A stretch of DNA of 64,000 bases from an uncultured Candidatus Actinomarina sp. (GTDB lineage Bacteria > Actinomycetota > Acidimicrobiia > Actinomarinales > Actinomarinaceae): the NCBI GenBank assembly GCA_902593475.1, contig CACJIM010000005.1:116-64115 (forward strand). The letters run 5' to 3'. Of this stretch, positions 52,712-61,926 are shown one piece after another (the stretch's first letter is position 1; each line of letters opens with the position of its first letter). A program made the translations under genes and the position numbers. The notes beneath the pieces were generated by a model, which saw only the letters and a list, made by a program, of their open reading frames with translations, searched no databases and was not told the DNA's origin.

Positions 52712-54494
52712 ATAAGTATTTCTCAATAAAATACAATTTCCAAATTCTATTTGAATTAATTCTTGTTCGAAAATTTTTTAAATTAGAAATATTTTTATTT
52801 CCTAAAAGATTCATTAAGTAACCATCATTAATTTCTTCTTCAATCTTGTTAATATTGTTAAAGATCCAATTTTCTATATCAAAACTAAATCCCATTTTTT
52901 TTCTTGATAAAAATTCATTATCAAAATCAGAAGCTAAAAATTGCTTTAATGGTTTTTTTGGATTAGAAGTTATAACATTTTTTAAATCTGTAGACACTAC
53001 GTATTCTATTAATTTATGATCTAAAAATGGAGACCTTACTTCAAGTGAATTTGCCATTGAGGCTCTATCTACTTTAACAAGCATCATTTCGGAGAGGAAG
53101 AATTTATATTCATTAATCATTAATTTTTTTATTAAATCAATATTTACATGCTCAGAAGATTCATTTAGATAGTTATTTTTTTCAAACCCTAAAAAATTAG
53201 AAAATTTTGTATCTTCAAGTGTAGAAAAATAAGACTTCATAGCATCTCCAGAGTATTTTGAAAATTTATAACCTGTACCTAAAAAATATGGCTGGAAGTT
53301 ATGTAATTTTGAATATAAATTATTTAAAATACTTCTTTTAATTAATGAATTTTGGAATCTATCATAACCTCCTAGAAGCTCATCTCCTCCATCGCCAGAT
53401 ATTGCTACCTTATATTTTTTTGAAATTTCTTTAGATAATACGTAAGTTAATACAGAAGATGGATCAGCATAAGGTTCGTCAAATGCACGAATTGAATGTG
53501 TAATTTCATTTTGATATATATTGTTTGAAATATTTACTTTTTCTTGATTTGTATTATATTTATGAGCAACAAAATCAACCCATTTTTCCTCATTGTATTT
53601 AGGGCTTTTTTGAACTATCGAAAAAGTGTCTACACTTTCTAATACTTCATTTAAGTTTTTAGTAACTGCTGTTGAATCAATTCCCCCTGACAAAAAAGAT
53701 GAAAAAGGAACGTCAGACCTAGTTCTTACACTGCATGCCTCATAAAACAAATTTTCAAACACTTGATTACTAAATTGATTTTCGCCGATATAGTTTTCAA
53801 TATTCCAATATTTAATTTCTTGAACAAATTCAATATTTTTAAACAAATTAAATTCGAGATAGCTTCCCGGTCTTACTTTGTATATATTTTGAAATATTGT
53901 ATCAGGGGATGGAACTACACCCAAGTTGATATATTTATTTAATGAACCATAAGAAATGTCTGACTTATTTAATTTTAAACATTTCACAAGTGAAATTAGA
54001 TTTGTTGAAAAAACAAGTTCATTATCTTCATGTTTATAAAATAAAGGCTTTTGTCCTAACCGATCTCTACATAAAATTACTTTTCCAGTATTGAGATTCA
54101 TATAAAAAAAAGAAAATTGTCCATTGCATTTATCTAAAAATTTTGCTCCATATCTTGAGATTCCTAAAAGTAAGACTTCTGTATCAGAATGGCTGGTTCT
54201 AAACTGTTCGCCTTTTTGTTCTAATTCTCTCCTTAATTCAGTAAAATTAAATATCTCTCCGTTAAACAATATGTATGAATTGTGTTCTTTTGAGAACATT
54301 GGTTGGCTAGCTTTAGTATCAAGATCAATTATCGCTAACCTATTAAAGATTAACGATATATTAAACCTGTCTTTATATTGTAAATTTAAACTTTTAGTTT
54401 CATCTGGTCCTCGACAAACTTGAATCTGATTCGCTTCATCTAATAATTTGGAATCTATTTGGTTTAATGAAATTTTGCCTATATAGCCGCACAT
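52701..54494 (-). CDS. Asparagine synthase (glutamine-hydrolysing) family amidotransferase, glycan-cluster type
   Basis: N-terminal 'MCGYIGK' Ntn domain and 'FLSGGIDSTAV' PP-loop. 597 aa. Confidence 0.88.
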   Translation of the reverse strand: MCGYIGKISLNQIDSKLLDEANQIQVCRGPDETKSLNLQYKDRFNISLIFNRLAIIDLDTKASQPMFSKEHNSYILFNGEIFNFTELRRELEQKGEQFRTSHSDTEVLLLGISRYGAKFLDKCNGQFSFFYMNLNTGKVILCRDRLGQKPLFYKHEDNELVFSTNLISLVKCLKLNKSDISYGSLNKYINLGVVPSPDTIFQNIYKVRPGSYLEFNLFKNIEFVQEIKYWNIENYIGENQFSNQVFENLFYEACSVRTRSDVPFSSFLSGGIDSTAVTKNLNEVLESVDTFSIVQKSPKYNEEKWVDFVAHKYNTNQEKVNISNNIYQNEITHSIRAFDEPYADPSSVLTYVLSKEISKKYKVAISGDGGDELLGGYDRFQNSLIKRSILNNLYSKLHNFQPYFLGTGYKFSKYSGDAMKSYFSTLEDTKFSNFLGFEKNNYLNESSEHVNIDLIKKLMINEYKFFLSEMMLVKVDRASMANSLEVRSPFLDHKLIEYVVSTDLKNVITSNPKKPLKQFLASDFDNEFLSRKKMGFSFDIENWIFNNINKIEEEINDGYLMNLLGNKNISNLKNFRTRINSNRIWKLYFIEKYLSNF

Positions 54495-54541
54495 AGGAAC
54501 ATGATAATAAAGTACTTCTTTAAAATTAAGAGAATTTTATA

Positions 54542-55492
54542 ATGATTAAAATGGAGACTTACTATCCGGTAGCAATCTTTTGTTATAACAGGCCCAATCA
54601 TCTAAAAAAAACACTTGAGTCAATTCAGAGAAATGATGAAACCGTTCACACTAAAGCTTATTTTTTTATTGATGGCGCTAGGAATGATCAAGACAAAATA
54701 AAAATTAATAAGACTAAAGAAGTAATTAACAGTTCTAATATCTTTAAGGAAAAAATAATTATTAGTAGAGATAAAAACTTTGGTATGCAAAAAAATGTAA
54801 TCTCTGGCATAACGGACGTACTACTTGAAAATGAGGCCGTGATAGTTGTAGAAGACGATTTAAAGTTTTCAAAGTATTACTTAAATTTTATGAACAAAGC
54901 TCTAAAGTTTTATAAACCTTATCAGAATGTTTGGCAAATAAACGCATGGAGTTATCCAAGTTATGTTTCTTTCGGAAAAAAAACAAAAATAAGTAATCAA
55001 ATGAGTTCATGGGGTATGGGCCTTTATAAAGATAAGTGGGAGTTTTTTGCTAAAGACGAACTTAAACTAACTAACAAAATAGAAAAAAAAGATGATGAAT
55101 ACAAAAAAAAGTTTAATTTTGAAAATGGTTATCCCTGGCTTAGGGAAATTGAAATGAATGAAGAAGGAAGAATTAGTACTTTTTCGTGTTTTTGGTATCA
55201 ATGTATTTTTATAAACAATGGTGTGACAGTATTCCCAGGAAAATCTTTAGTCTTTAATACAGGTTTTGACGGATCAGGCGTACATAGTGGAGCTAGAGAT
55301 GTACATGGTAAAAAGATTTTTGAGGGAGAAATTAATGATTTTAAAATTCCTACTTCATTTAATAAATTGTTTAAATTAAATGCAAGAATTTTTTACTTCT
55401 TTTTTTCGGTGAAAGACTATTTCAATTACCATAAAACAAAAATATCATCTATTAGTAATTTCTCTTCTTTTATCAGGTCAAAACTCAAATGA
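54542..55492 (+). CDS. GT-A fold glycosyltransferase with 'VEDDL' motif (GnT-I/GT13-reminiscent)
   Basis: 'YPVAIFCYNRPNHLKKTLESI' and 'VIVVEDDLKFSKYYLNF'. Confidence 0.5.
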   Translation: MIKMETYYPVAIFCYNRPNHLKKTLESIQRNDETVHTKAYFFIDGARNDQDKIKINKTKEVINSSNIFKEKIIISRDKNFGMQKNVISGITDVLLENEAVIVVEDDLKFSKYYLNFMNKALKFYKPYQNVWQINAWSYPSYVSFGKKTKISNQMSSWGMGLYKDKWEFFAKDELKLTNKIEKKDDEYKKKFNFENGYPWLREIEMNEEGRISTFSCFWYQCIFINNGVTVFPGKSLVFNTGFDGSGVHSGARDVHGKKIFEGEINDFKIPTSFNKLFKLNARIFYFFFSVKDYFNYHKTKISSISNFSSFIRSKLK

Positions 55493-56619
55493 AAGTATTT
55501 TATATTTCTGGTTTTAGATATTCATTAAAAGTCTGGGATGTATCTGGTTCTTTGGGAAGAGAGTTAATGTATTTTGAAAAACTATATAAAGATTTTAAAG
55601 TCAAACATGCAATATTTACCTACGGAGATGTTGATGAATTAAATTATGTAAATAATGAATATATAACAATATACCCGATGTTTAGTATGTTTAAAAAAAC
55701 AGAGTCAAAAATTATGACCTTTATATTATCTATTGTCTATCCATTCAAAGTAAGAAAAGAATTAAAAAATAATATAGACATTATTAAGGTGAACCAACTT
55801 ACAGGAGCATGGGTTGGGATAATTTTGTCAATAATATTAAAAAAACCACTATATGTAAGGACAGGGTATGATCAGTATTTATTTAGTATCAAAGATGGTA
55901 AAAATTTCTTTAAAAGAATGTTTTTTTACTTTTTAACCTATATAGCTTTAATATTTTGTGACATATATTCTGTAACAAGCAAATCAGATTTTAAATTTAT
56001 AACAAATAAATATCGATTTAATAAATCAAAATTAATTTATAGGCCAAATTGGATTCCTGTTAATAAATCGTTTAATTCTAAAAATAGAAATACGAAAACA
56101 ATATTATCAGTAGGTAGATTAGAAGAGCAAAAGAATTTCAAATTTATAATCGATGAAATAAAAAATACAGATTTTAGTCTAGAAATTATTGGTGATGGAT
56201 CATTAAAAGAGGATCTTAAATGGTATGCAAAAGAAAATAACGTTAATTTAAAAATTATAAGTAAAATAAATTATTTTGAATTACTTGAAAAATATAATGA
56301 CTATCAATATTTTGTACTACCTTCTTTCTATGAAGGAAATCCAAAAGTATTAATTGAAGCCATGAGTAAAGGCTGTATTGCATTAGCCTCAAATATTTCA
56401 AACCATACAGAAATTATTAAAAATAATGAAAATGGAATTATTTTTGATTTTTCTGAGGGGTCTTTAACAAACTATTTAGAAAAATTAGATAAAAATATAG
56501 ATTTAAGAAAAAATATTGCTTTAAATGCATACGAAGAGGCTAATTTGAAATTTTCTATTGATAAAGCTGCCATGTCTGAATATGAAGATTACAAGCTTGT
56601 ATGCAAGGTTAATAATTGA
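55489..56619 (+). CDS. GT4 glycosyltransferase
   Basis: 'VGRLEEQKNFKFII' and 'PSFYEGNPKVLIEAMSKGC'. ATGA overlap with the upstream gene. Confidence 0.85.
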   Translation: MKVFYISGFRYSLKVWDVSGSLGRELMYFEKLYKDFKVKHAIFTYGDVDELNYVNNEYITIYPMFSMFKKTESKIMTFILSIVYPFKVRKELKNNIDIIKVNQLTGAWVGIILSIILKKPLYVRTGYDQYLFSIKDGKNFFKRMFFYFLTYIALIFCDIYSVTSKSDFKFITNKYRFNKSKLIYRPNWIPVNKSFNSKNRNTKTILSVGRLEEQKNFKFIIDEIKNTDFSLEIIGDGSLKEDLKWYAKENNVNLKIISKINYFELLEKYNDYQYFVLPSFYEGNPKVLIEAMSKGCIALASNISNHTEIIKNNENGIIFDFSEGSLTNYLEKLDKNIDLRKNIALNAYEEANLKFSIDKAAMSEYEDYKLVCKVNN

Positions 56620-56621
56620 GC

Positions 56622-57563
56622 TTACTTAAATAGACTTTTCAAAAATTCATAAGCAAAAAAAAATTTTTTCTTAACTCCGAAAAATTTTAAATTAATAAAT
56701 GACAATAAAAAATACATCAACGAATTTAATCTCCATACATGAGTAATTAAAAATTTATTTAAACCAAGCTTTCTATATTCATTTTGAAAAATAATTGAGT
56801 CTTTTTCTAATATGCCTTTTACTGTCCAGGGTTTTAATTTTCCGTTGTAATGTACACAAATAACATTTTCATATATATCATTAAATTTCTTTTTGCTATA
56901 TTCAATATTTGATGGATTAAAATTTAATTTTTGAGACATTTCGAGGTACTCACCGTCAAGAAAAGAATTAAATACATCCTGATCCCAGTAAATTAATCTA
57001 GACCCCATTCTGATTTGTGTTTCAATCAAGCTCTCGTGTACTCTTTGATTTCTCCATTTTGTTAAGTCAATAAACATTACCCCTGCGTTTAAGTATTTAT
57101 TTGACTTCATTTCAAGATTAGTAAACCTTTCTTCGTTCAAATCGTTCCTAGAATATTCTGTTGTTGCAGCAACAACATATTTTGATTCCGCTAGATTATC
57201 GGTTAATTCCTTATAAATATTGGTTATATCATTTAAAAATATGATATCTGCATCAACATAAAGTATTGAATTAGTATCTGATGGAAGAAATTCATTAAGG
57301 TATATTCTATAATATGTAGCTTCTGATACATGACTATTTTCAATATTTGGAAAATCTTTATGTTTTAAATCAAAAGTATTAATTGTTATTTTGTTTAGAT
57401 TTTTGTGATTAATTATAATTTTTGGAAAGTAGTTTATTGTTATTTCTTCCTTATGTATTATATATAAATTAATAATATCCTCAGAATGATCTAGTAAAGA
57501 AATCATTGATGTGAAAGCTTGCAGGTTATAATTTTTATCAAAACAATAAAGTATATTTACCAC
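56622..57563 (-). CDS. GT8 glycosyltransferase (LPS glycosyltransferase-like)
   Basis: 'ILYVDADIIFLND' (DxD), 'YLNAGVMFIDL', 'YWDQDVFN' and 'HYNGKLKPW'. GTG start. Confidence 0.82.
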   Translation of the reverse strand: MVNILYCFDKNYNLQAFTSMISLLDHSEDIINLYIIHKEEITINYFPKIIINHKNLNKITINTFDLKHKDFPNIENSHVSEATYYRIYLNEFLPSDTNSILYVDADIIFLNDITNIYKELTDNLAESKYVVAATTEYSRNDLNEERFTNLEMKSNKYLNAGVMFIDLTKWRNQRVHESLIETQIRMGSRLIYWDQDVFNSFLDGEYLEMSQKLNFNPSNIEYSKKKFNDIYENVICVHYNGKLKPWTVKGILEKDSIIFQNEYRKLGLNKFLITHVWRLNSLMYFLLSFINLKFFGVKKKFFFAYEFLKSLFK

Positions 57564-57617
57564 AATTAAATACTACACTTTATTTACAGTAGTAAATTAT
57601 GTTATTTAACTTTTCAA

Positions 57618-57932
57618 ATGAATAAAGATGTAATACAGTTTTGTGGGGAATATCCAAAAGATTTTGTATCTATAAATATTGCTAGTTCTCCAGATTTTGT
57701 TTTTAAACCTGATAGTTCTTTTAGTTCAGTTAAGTTGCATGATATTGATGGTAATACTGTTTTTGTAAATTCATTTATTGAGTGTGAGCATTATGTTATG
57801 GGAGGGTGGAATTATAATTATTCAGAAATAAATAATTTTTCTTATACAGAACTATCTGTAATTTTAATTGTAGCTATGTCCATACATTTTTTATTTAATA
57901 AAAACAAAAAACAAAAAACAAAAAACTTATAA
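57618..57932 (+). CDS. Hypothetical small protein with C-terminal TM anchor and Lys-rich tail
   Basis: 104-aa ORF that ends 3 nt before the next start. No motif. Confidence 0.4.
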   Translation: MNKDVIQFCGEYPKDFVSINIASSPDFVFKPDSSFSSVKLHDIDGNTVFVNSFIECEHYVMGGWNYNYSEINNFSYTELSVILIVAMSIHFLFNKNKKQKTKNL

Positions 57933-57935
57933 AAT

Positions 57936-59939
57936 ATGAATTCAATAAAATATTCAAAATCTTTAAAAATTTTAGTTGTATTTACATTAATTGTATTAAT
58001 TTTTAGCTATACATTTTTTGATGATCAGAAAGTTGTTGAATTGACTGATGAACTTGGATATTACCAAATAAATACATGCAAACATTCTTTATTTGAATTT
58101 CAGTCAAACAATCTTAAGACAACATTTCAAGACCACTATATTATCAATGTATATAACTATTCAGATATTAGTTGCTATGGAAAGATTAGTGCTATCGATC
58201 GAGTTAAAGATACATTCTACATATCAGTTGGATTCAATCCATTTGTAAACTTAGTGCTTACATCTTTATTGTTATCATTTGTTTTTTATATCTCGAATAA
58301 AGAAAAAAAAGAAAAGAGTGTCTTAAATTTAAAATTTTTTATTAGTTTATTTTTAACTTCTGGTTTATTTACATACGGCATAATTTCTGAAACTAGATTT
58401 TACGAAAAAAAGCTACGATATCTAGATTTAACTTTATCTTCTACCTATATAACGATTTTCTTGTTTTTTTTATTTTCTATTTATTTTATTAATTTCTATT
58501 TTTTAAATAGTTCTGAAAAATTAATCAATTATTTCCCATATTTATACCTTTTTTTAGGTGTAATTAACGGTTTCAATATAAATATATTTTATTTAATCTT
58601 TATTTTTTATTGGATACAAGAAATGTTGAAAAATTCAAAACTTCTGAAATACAATATAATATTGTTTATCTGGATATTGTTTTGGATCAGTCAAGTTGAA
58701 AGTAACAACTTCTACCTGGATCCAGATAAAATAGTTGGAAGTTCAAGCACTGTTTACAATAAACATTCAACAATATTTTGGTCTATATTGTTTTTTTACA
58801 CATTGCTAGGAATTATTAGTTATGTCAAAAATAACATAGGAGCAATAAATTTATCGTTTTTAAATAAATCATTTTTAAATGCTGGTACAACTTTATTTTT
58901 ATTCGGACTTATCACCTCAAAATTTTCAACTTTAAATGCACTATCTTTTGTTTTATTAGGCCAAAATAAAACTACAACGAGAGATTTAGATTTAAATTTT
59001 TTTTACTCGTGTTTTAATACAGATTTGACGCAAACAGCAGGTAGGTTTGAGGGGTGTACAACTAGAGGTTTTAGTCCCAGTGCTGAACATATAGGGGAAT
59101 TTTATGGAATTATATTAATATTTTATTTTCTAAATTTTTATTATAAAAAAATAGAATCAAATATTTTTGACTATTCAAAATTATTTCTTGTATTCATAGG
59201 ATTACTAATTTCAAACAATAAAGCTGCTATTTATCTAGTTGCTTTATTTTGTTTATATCCTTTTTTAAAAAAACTACAAAGAAAAAAAGCAATATTATTT
59301 TTATTAGTTTTAATAATTTGCTTTCTTTTAATTATTGGAATCGACAACTACTTACACTATTCAGAGTTTGGCGAATATAAAATTTTTAATATAAAATTTA
59401 GTTCTTCAAAGATTTTATCAGAAGGGAAAATAAACTCATTTGAAGGAGCAGAATCTAAATCAATAGAGTATCTTTCTAGTGCATATAATAATAACAATTA
59501 CTTTGTGATATTTGTCTTAGGGTTAATCAGTACTTTTGCTTTTTATATAAATCGAGGAAATCTTTGGGGAATGTTCATTGCTAGATATAACCCCTCTCCA
59601 GTGGATTTGGTTTTTGGGACGGGTCCATATAATCTATCAAAAGTTTACAATGAAGTAAAAATATTGGGCCAATCTGATTTTCGAGGTGATTTTCTACTAA
59701 CCCACTCGTCATTAATTCAAATATTAATTTATTTTGGATTTATTGGTTTACTAGTTTTATTTTATGAATTTTATAAAATGCTTAAAAAACGTAATAAATT
59801 TAAAAATAATTTAATTATGTTTTTACCTTTTTTATTTTTAGTAATAAACCTACTAAAAAGTGACTCCATTTTTTATTTGAGCACACTTTTTACTTTACTG
59901 TTCTTTTACACGGTGAATAAAAGTAGTTATAAAATATAA
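57936..59939 (+). CDS. Large polytopic membrane protein, Wzy/O-antigen-ligase-like polymerase candidate
   Basis: 667 aa with more than 12 TM. Sits in glycan-cluster context. No firm motif. Confidence 0.4.
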   Translation: MNSIKYSKSLKILVVFTLIVLIFSYTFFDDQKVVELTDELGYYQINTCKHSLFEFQSNNLKTTFQDHYIINVYNYSDISCYGKISAIDRVKDTFYISVGFNPFVNLVLTSLLLSFVFYISNKEKKEKSVLNLKFFISLFLTSGLFTYGIISETRFYEKKLRYLDLTLSSTYITIFLFFLFSIYFINFYFLNSSEKLINYFPYLYLFLGVINGFNINIFYLIFIFYWIQEMLKNSKLLKYNIILFIWILFWISQVESNNFYLDPDKIVGSSSTVYNKHSTIFWSILFFYTLLGIISYVKNNIGAINLSFLNKSFLNAGTTLFLFGLITSKFSTLNALSFVLLGQNKTTTRDLDLNFFYSCFNTDLTQTAGRFEGCTTRGFSPSAEHIGEFYGIILIFYFLNFYYKKIESNIFDYSKLFLVFIGLLISNNKAAIYLVALFCLYPFLKKLQRKKAILFLLVLIICFLLIIGIDNYLHYSEFGEYKIFNIKFSSSKILSEGKINSFEGAESKSIEYLSSAYNNNNYFVIFVLGLISTFAFYINRGNLWGMFIARYNPSPVDLVFGTGPYNLSKVYNEVKILGQSDFRGDFLLTHSSLIQILIYFGFIGLLVLFYEFYKMLKKRNKFKNNLIMFLPFLFLVINLLKSDSIFYLSTLFTLLFFYTVNKSSYKI

Positions 59940-59973
59940 AAATTAAAAATCCTAAATTAGTTAATATGATTAA

Positions 59974-60897
59974 ATGAAAGTTTTAATTCTAGGAAGTAGC
60001 GGCCTTGTTGGGTCTTCCTTAAGAAGAATTCTTGATAATAATCAAAAGATAACTGAATTAATAGCATCTACGAGAAAAGATACTGATCTATTCAGCTTGG
60101 ATTCAACAAAAAAACTAATAAATGAGCATAAGCCAGACGTATTAATTAATGCTGCAGCGAAAGTTGGAGGTATTTATGCAAATAATACTAAACGAGTTGA
60201 ATTTATCTTAGAAAATTTAAAAATTAATACAAATGTTCTCGAATCTTGTATTCCTCACAATAACATAAAAATAATCAACCTGGGAAGTAGTTGTATATAT
60301 CCTCTTGAAGTAGAAAATCCAATTAAAGAGGAAAGTGTAATGACAGGAAAGCTCGAGCCTACAAACTCGCCCTATGCAATGGCAAAACTTACAGCTATTG
60401 AAATTGGAAATGCGCTATCTCAGCAGTATGGTCACAATGTAATAAATTTAATGCCTACAAATTTATATGGTCCAAATGATCGTTTTTCTGAGAATGATAG
60501 TCATGTTATACCAGGTCTCATTTTTAGAATGCACACAGCAAAGTTAAAAAATGAGCAATCATTTGAAATCTGGGGGTCAGGAAGGCCAAAAAGAGAATTT
60601 ATGTATGTTGATGATTTGTCAGAATCTATAAATTTTATAATCGAGAACAACATTAATGTTAATTTATTAAACATTGGAAGTGGTTATGAAATCACTATTA
60701 AAGAACTTGCTCTAAAAATAAAAGACATCGTTGGATTTAGTGGTGAGGTATCTTTCAATACATCTATGCCTGATGGTATAGAAAGAAAATTCTTAAATTC
60801 CAAAAAGGTTATGGATCTTGGATGGAGTCCTAAAATTAGCTTAGAAGATGGCTTAATAAAGACCTATGACTGGTTTCAAAAAAACTATAGGATATAA
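59974..60897 (+). CDS. fcl: GDP-L-fucose synthase (GDP-4-keto-6-deoxymannose 3,5-epimerase/4-reductase)
   Basis: 'KVLILGSSGLVGSSL', 'AAKVGGIYANN', 'GSSCIYP', 'PYAMAKL' (YxxxK) and 'PTNLYGPND'. Confidence 0.88.
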   Translation: MKVLILGSSGLVGSSLRRILDNNQKITELIASTRKDTDLFSLDSTKKLINEHKPDVLINAAAKVGGIYANNTKRVEFILENLKINTNVLESCIPHNNIKIINLGSSCIYPLEVENPIKEESVMTGKLEPTNSPYAMAKLTAIEIGNALSQQYGHNVINLMPTNLYGPNDRFSENDSHVIPGLIFRMHTAKLKNEQSFEIWGSGRPKREFMYVDDLSESINFIIENNINVNLLNIGSGYEITIKELALKIKDIVGFSGEVSFNTSMPDGIERKFLNSKKVMDLGWSPKISLEDGLIKTYDWFQKNYRI

Positions 60898-61916
60898 TTT
60901 TCCCAAGTTGGTTGAAGTAAGTTTTCTTTTATTAAAACTTTTTCTTGTTTTGCAAGGTTTAAATCATAATCTACCATCATCTTAACTAATTCATCAAAAG
61001 AAACTTCTGGCGACCAATTTAATTCTTTTTTAGCTTTACTTGCATCTCCTATTAAGTCATGAACTTCATTTGGACGATAATATTTCTCAGAGGTTTCAAC
61101 ATAATCTTCCCAATTTAAATTTACGAATCCAAAAGCTAATTTCAGAAAGTCTTTTATTGAATGCGATTCTCCAGTAGCTAATATCCAGTCATCAGGTTTA
61201 TCATGTTGCAACATTAAATACATTCCTTCAACATAATCACCCGCAAATCCCCAATCTCTAGTTGCTTCTAAATTGCCGAGTGTGACTTTTGATTGAATTC
61301 CATTTACTATTCTTCCAATTGCTCGAGTTATTTTTCTAGTCACAAAAGTTTCTCCTCTATGGGGTGATTCATGATTAAAAAGAATTCCGTTAACAGCAAA
61401 CATGTTATATGACTCTCTATAAATTTTGGTAATGTTGTGGGCGAATACCTTGCCTGCAGCATATGGACTTTTAGGATCAAAATCAGAATTTAAATCTAAC
61501 ATTCCATCAGTAACACCTCCAAACATTTCTGAAGAAGAAGCTTGATAAAATTTAATCTGTTTATCTGAGTTTCTAATAGCTTCTAATAGTCCTAATGAAC
61601 CAAAACTTGTTTCAGTTGCATATACGGGGTTTTCGAACGAGACTTTAACATGTGATTGAGCTGCAAGGTTATAAACTTCATCCGGTTGGGTTGTATTAAG
61701 TATATTTGTTAAGGATGATGGATCAAGCAAGTTCGAATAAATTAGGTTAAGTTTTCCTTCTTTTTCATACTCAGAAATCAAAGGATCTATCCTAGCTGTG
61801 TTTATAGTAGAAGATCTTCTTATGGTACCGTATACTTCGTAACCTTTTTTTAATAATAATTTTGAAAGATAATAACCGTCTTGGCCTGTAATCCCTGTTA
61901 TTAACGCTTTCGGCAT
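60885..61916 (-). CDS. gmd: GDP-mannose 4,6-dehydratase
   Basis: 'ALITGITGQDGYYLSKLLLKKGYEVYGTIRRSS', 'QASSSEMFG', 'SPYAAGKV' and 'LFNHESPHRGETFVTRKIT'. Confidence 0.92.
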   Translation of the reverse strand: MPKALITGITGQDGYYLSKLLLKKGYEVYGTIRRSSTINTARIDPLISEYEKEGKLNLIYSNLLDPSSLTNILNTTQPDEVYNLAAQSHVKVSFENPVYATETSFGSLGLLEAIRNSDKQIKFYQASSSEMFGGVTDGMLDLNSDFDPKSPYAAGKVFAHNITKIYRESYNMFAVNGILFNHESPHRGETFVTRKITRAIGRIVNGIQSKVTLGNLEATRDWGFAGDYVEGMYLMLQHDKPDDWILATGESHSIKDFLKLAFGFVNLNWEDYVETSEKYYRPNEVHDLIGDASKAKKELNWSPEVSFDELVKMMVDYDLNLAKQEKVLIKENLLQPTWENYIL

Positions 61917-61926
61917 AACTTAGATT

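Noticed and set aside
57899-57926. Heptanucleotide (aaaaaac) repeat of about 3.9 units at the 3' end of the small ORF, just upstream of the Wzy-like gene. Considered as a possible phase-variation tract.
   Set aside because: There are too few units for efficient slippage. A-rich tracts are the background composition of this island. A unit change would alter only the last few codons of a hypothetical ORF.
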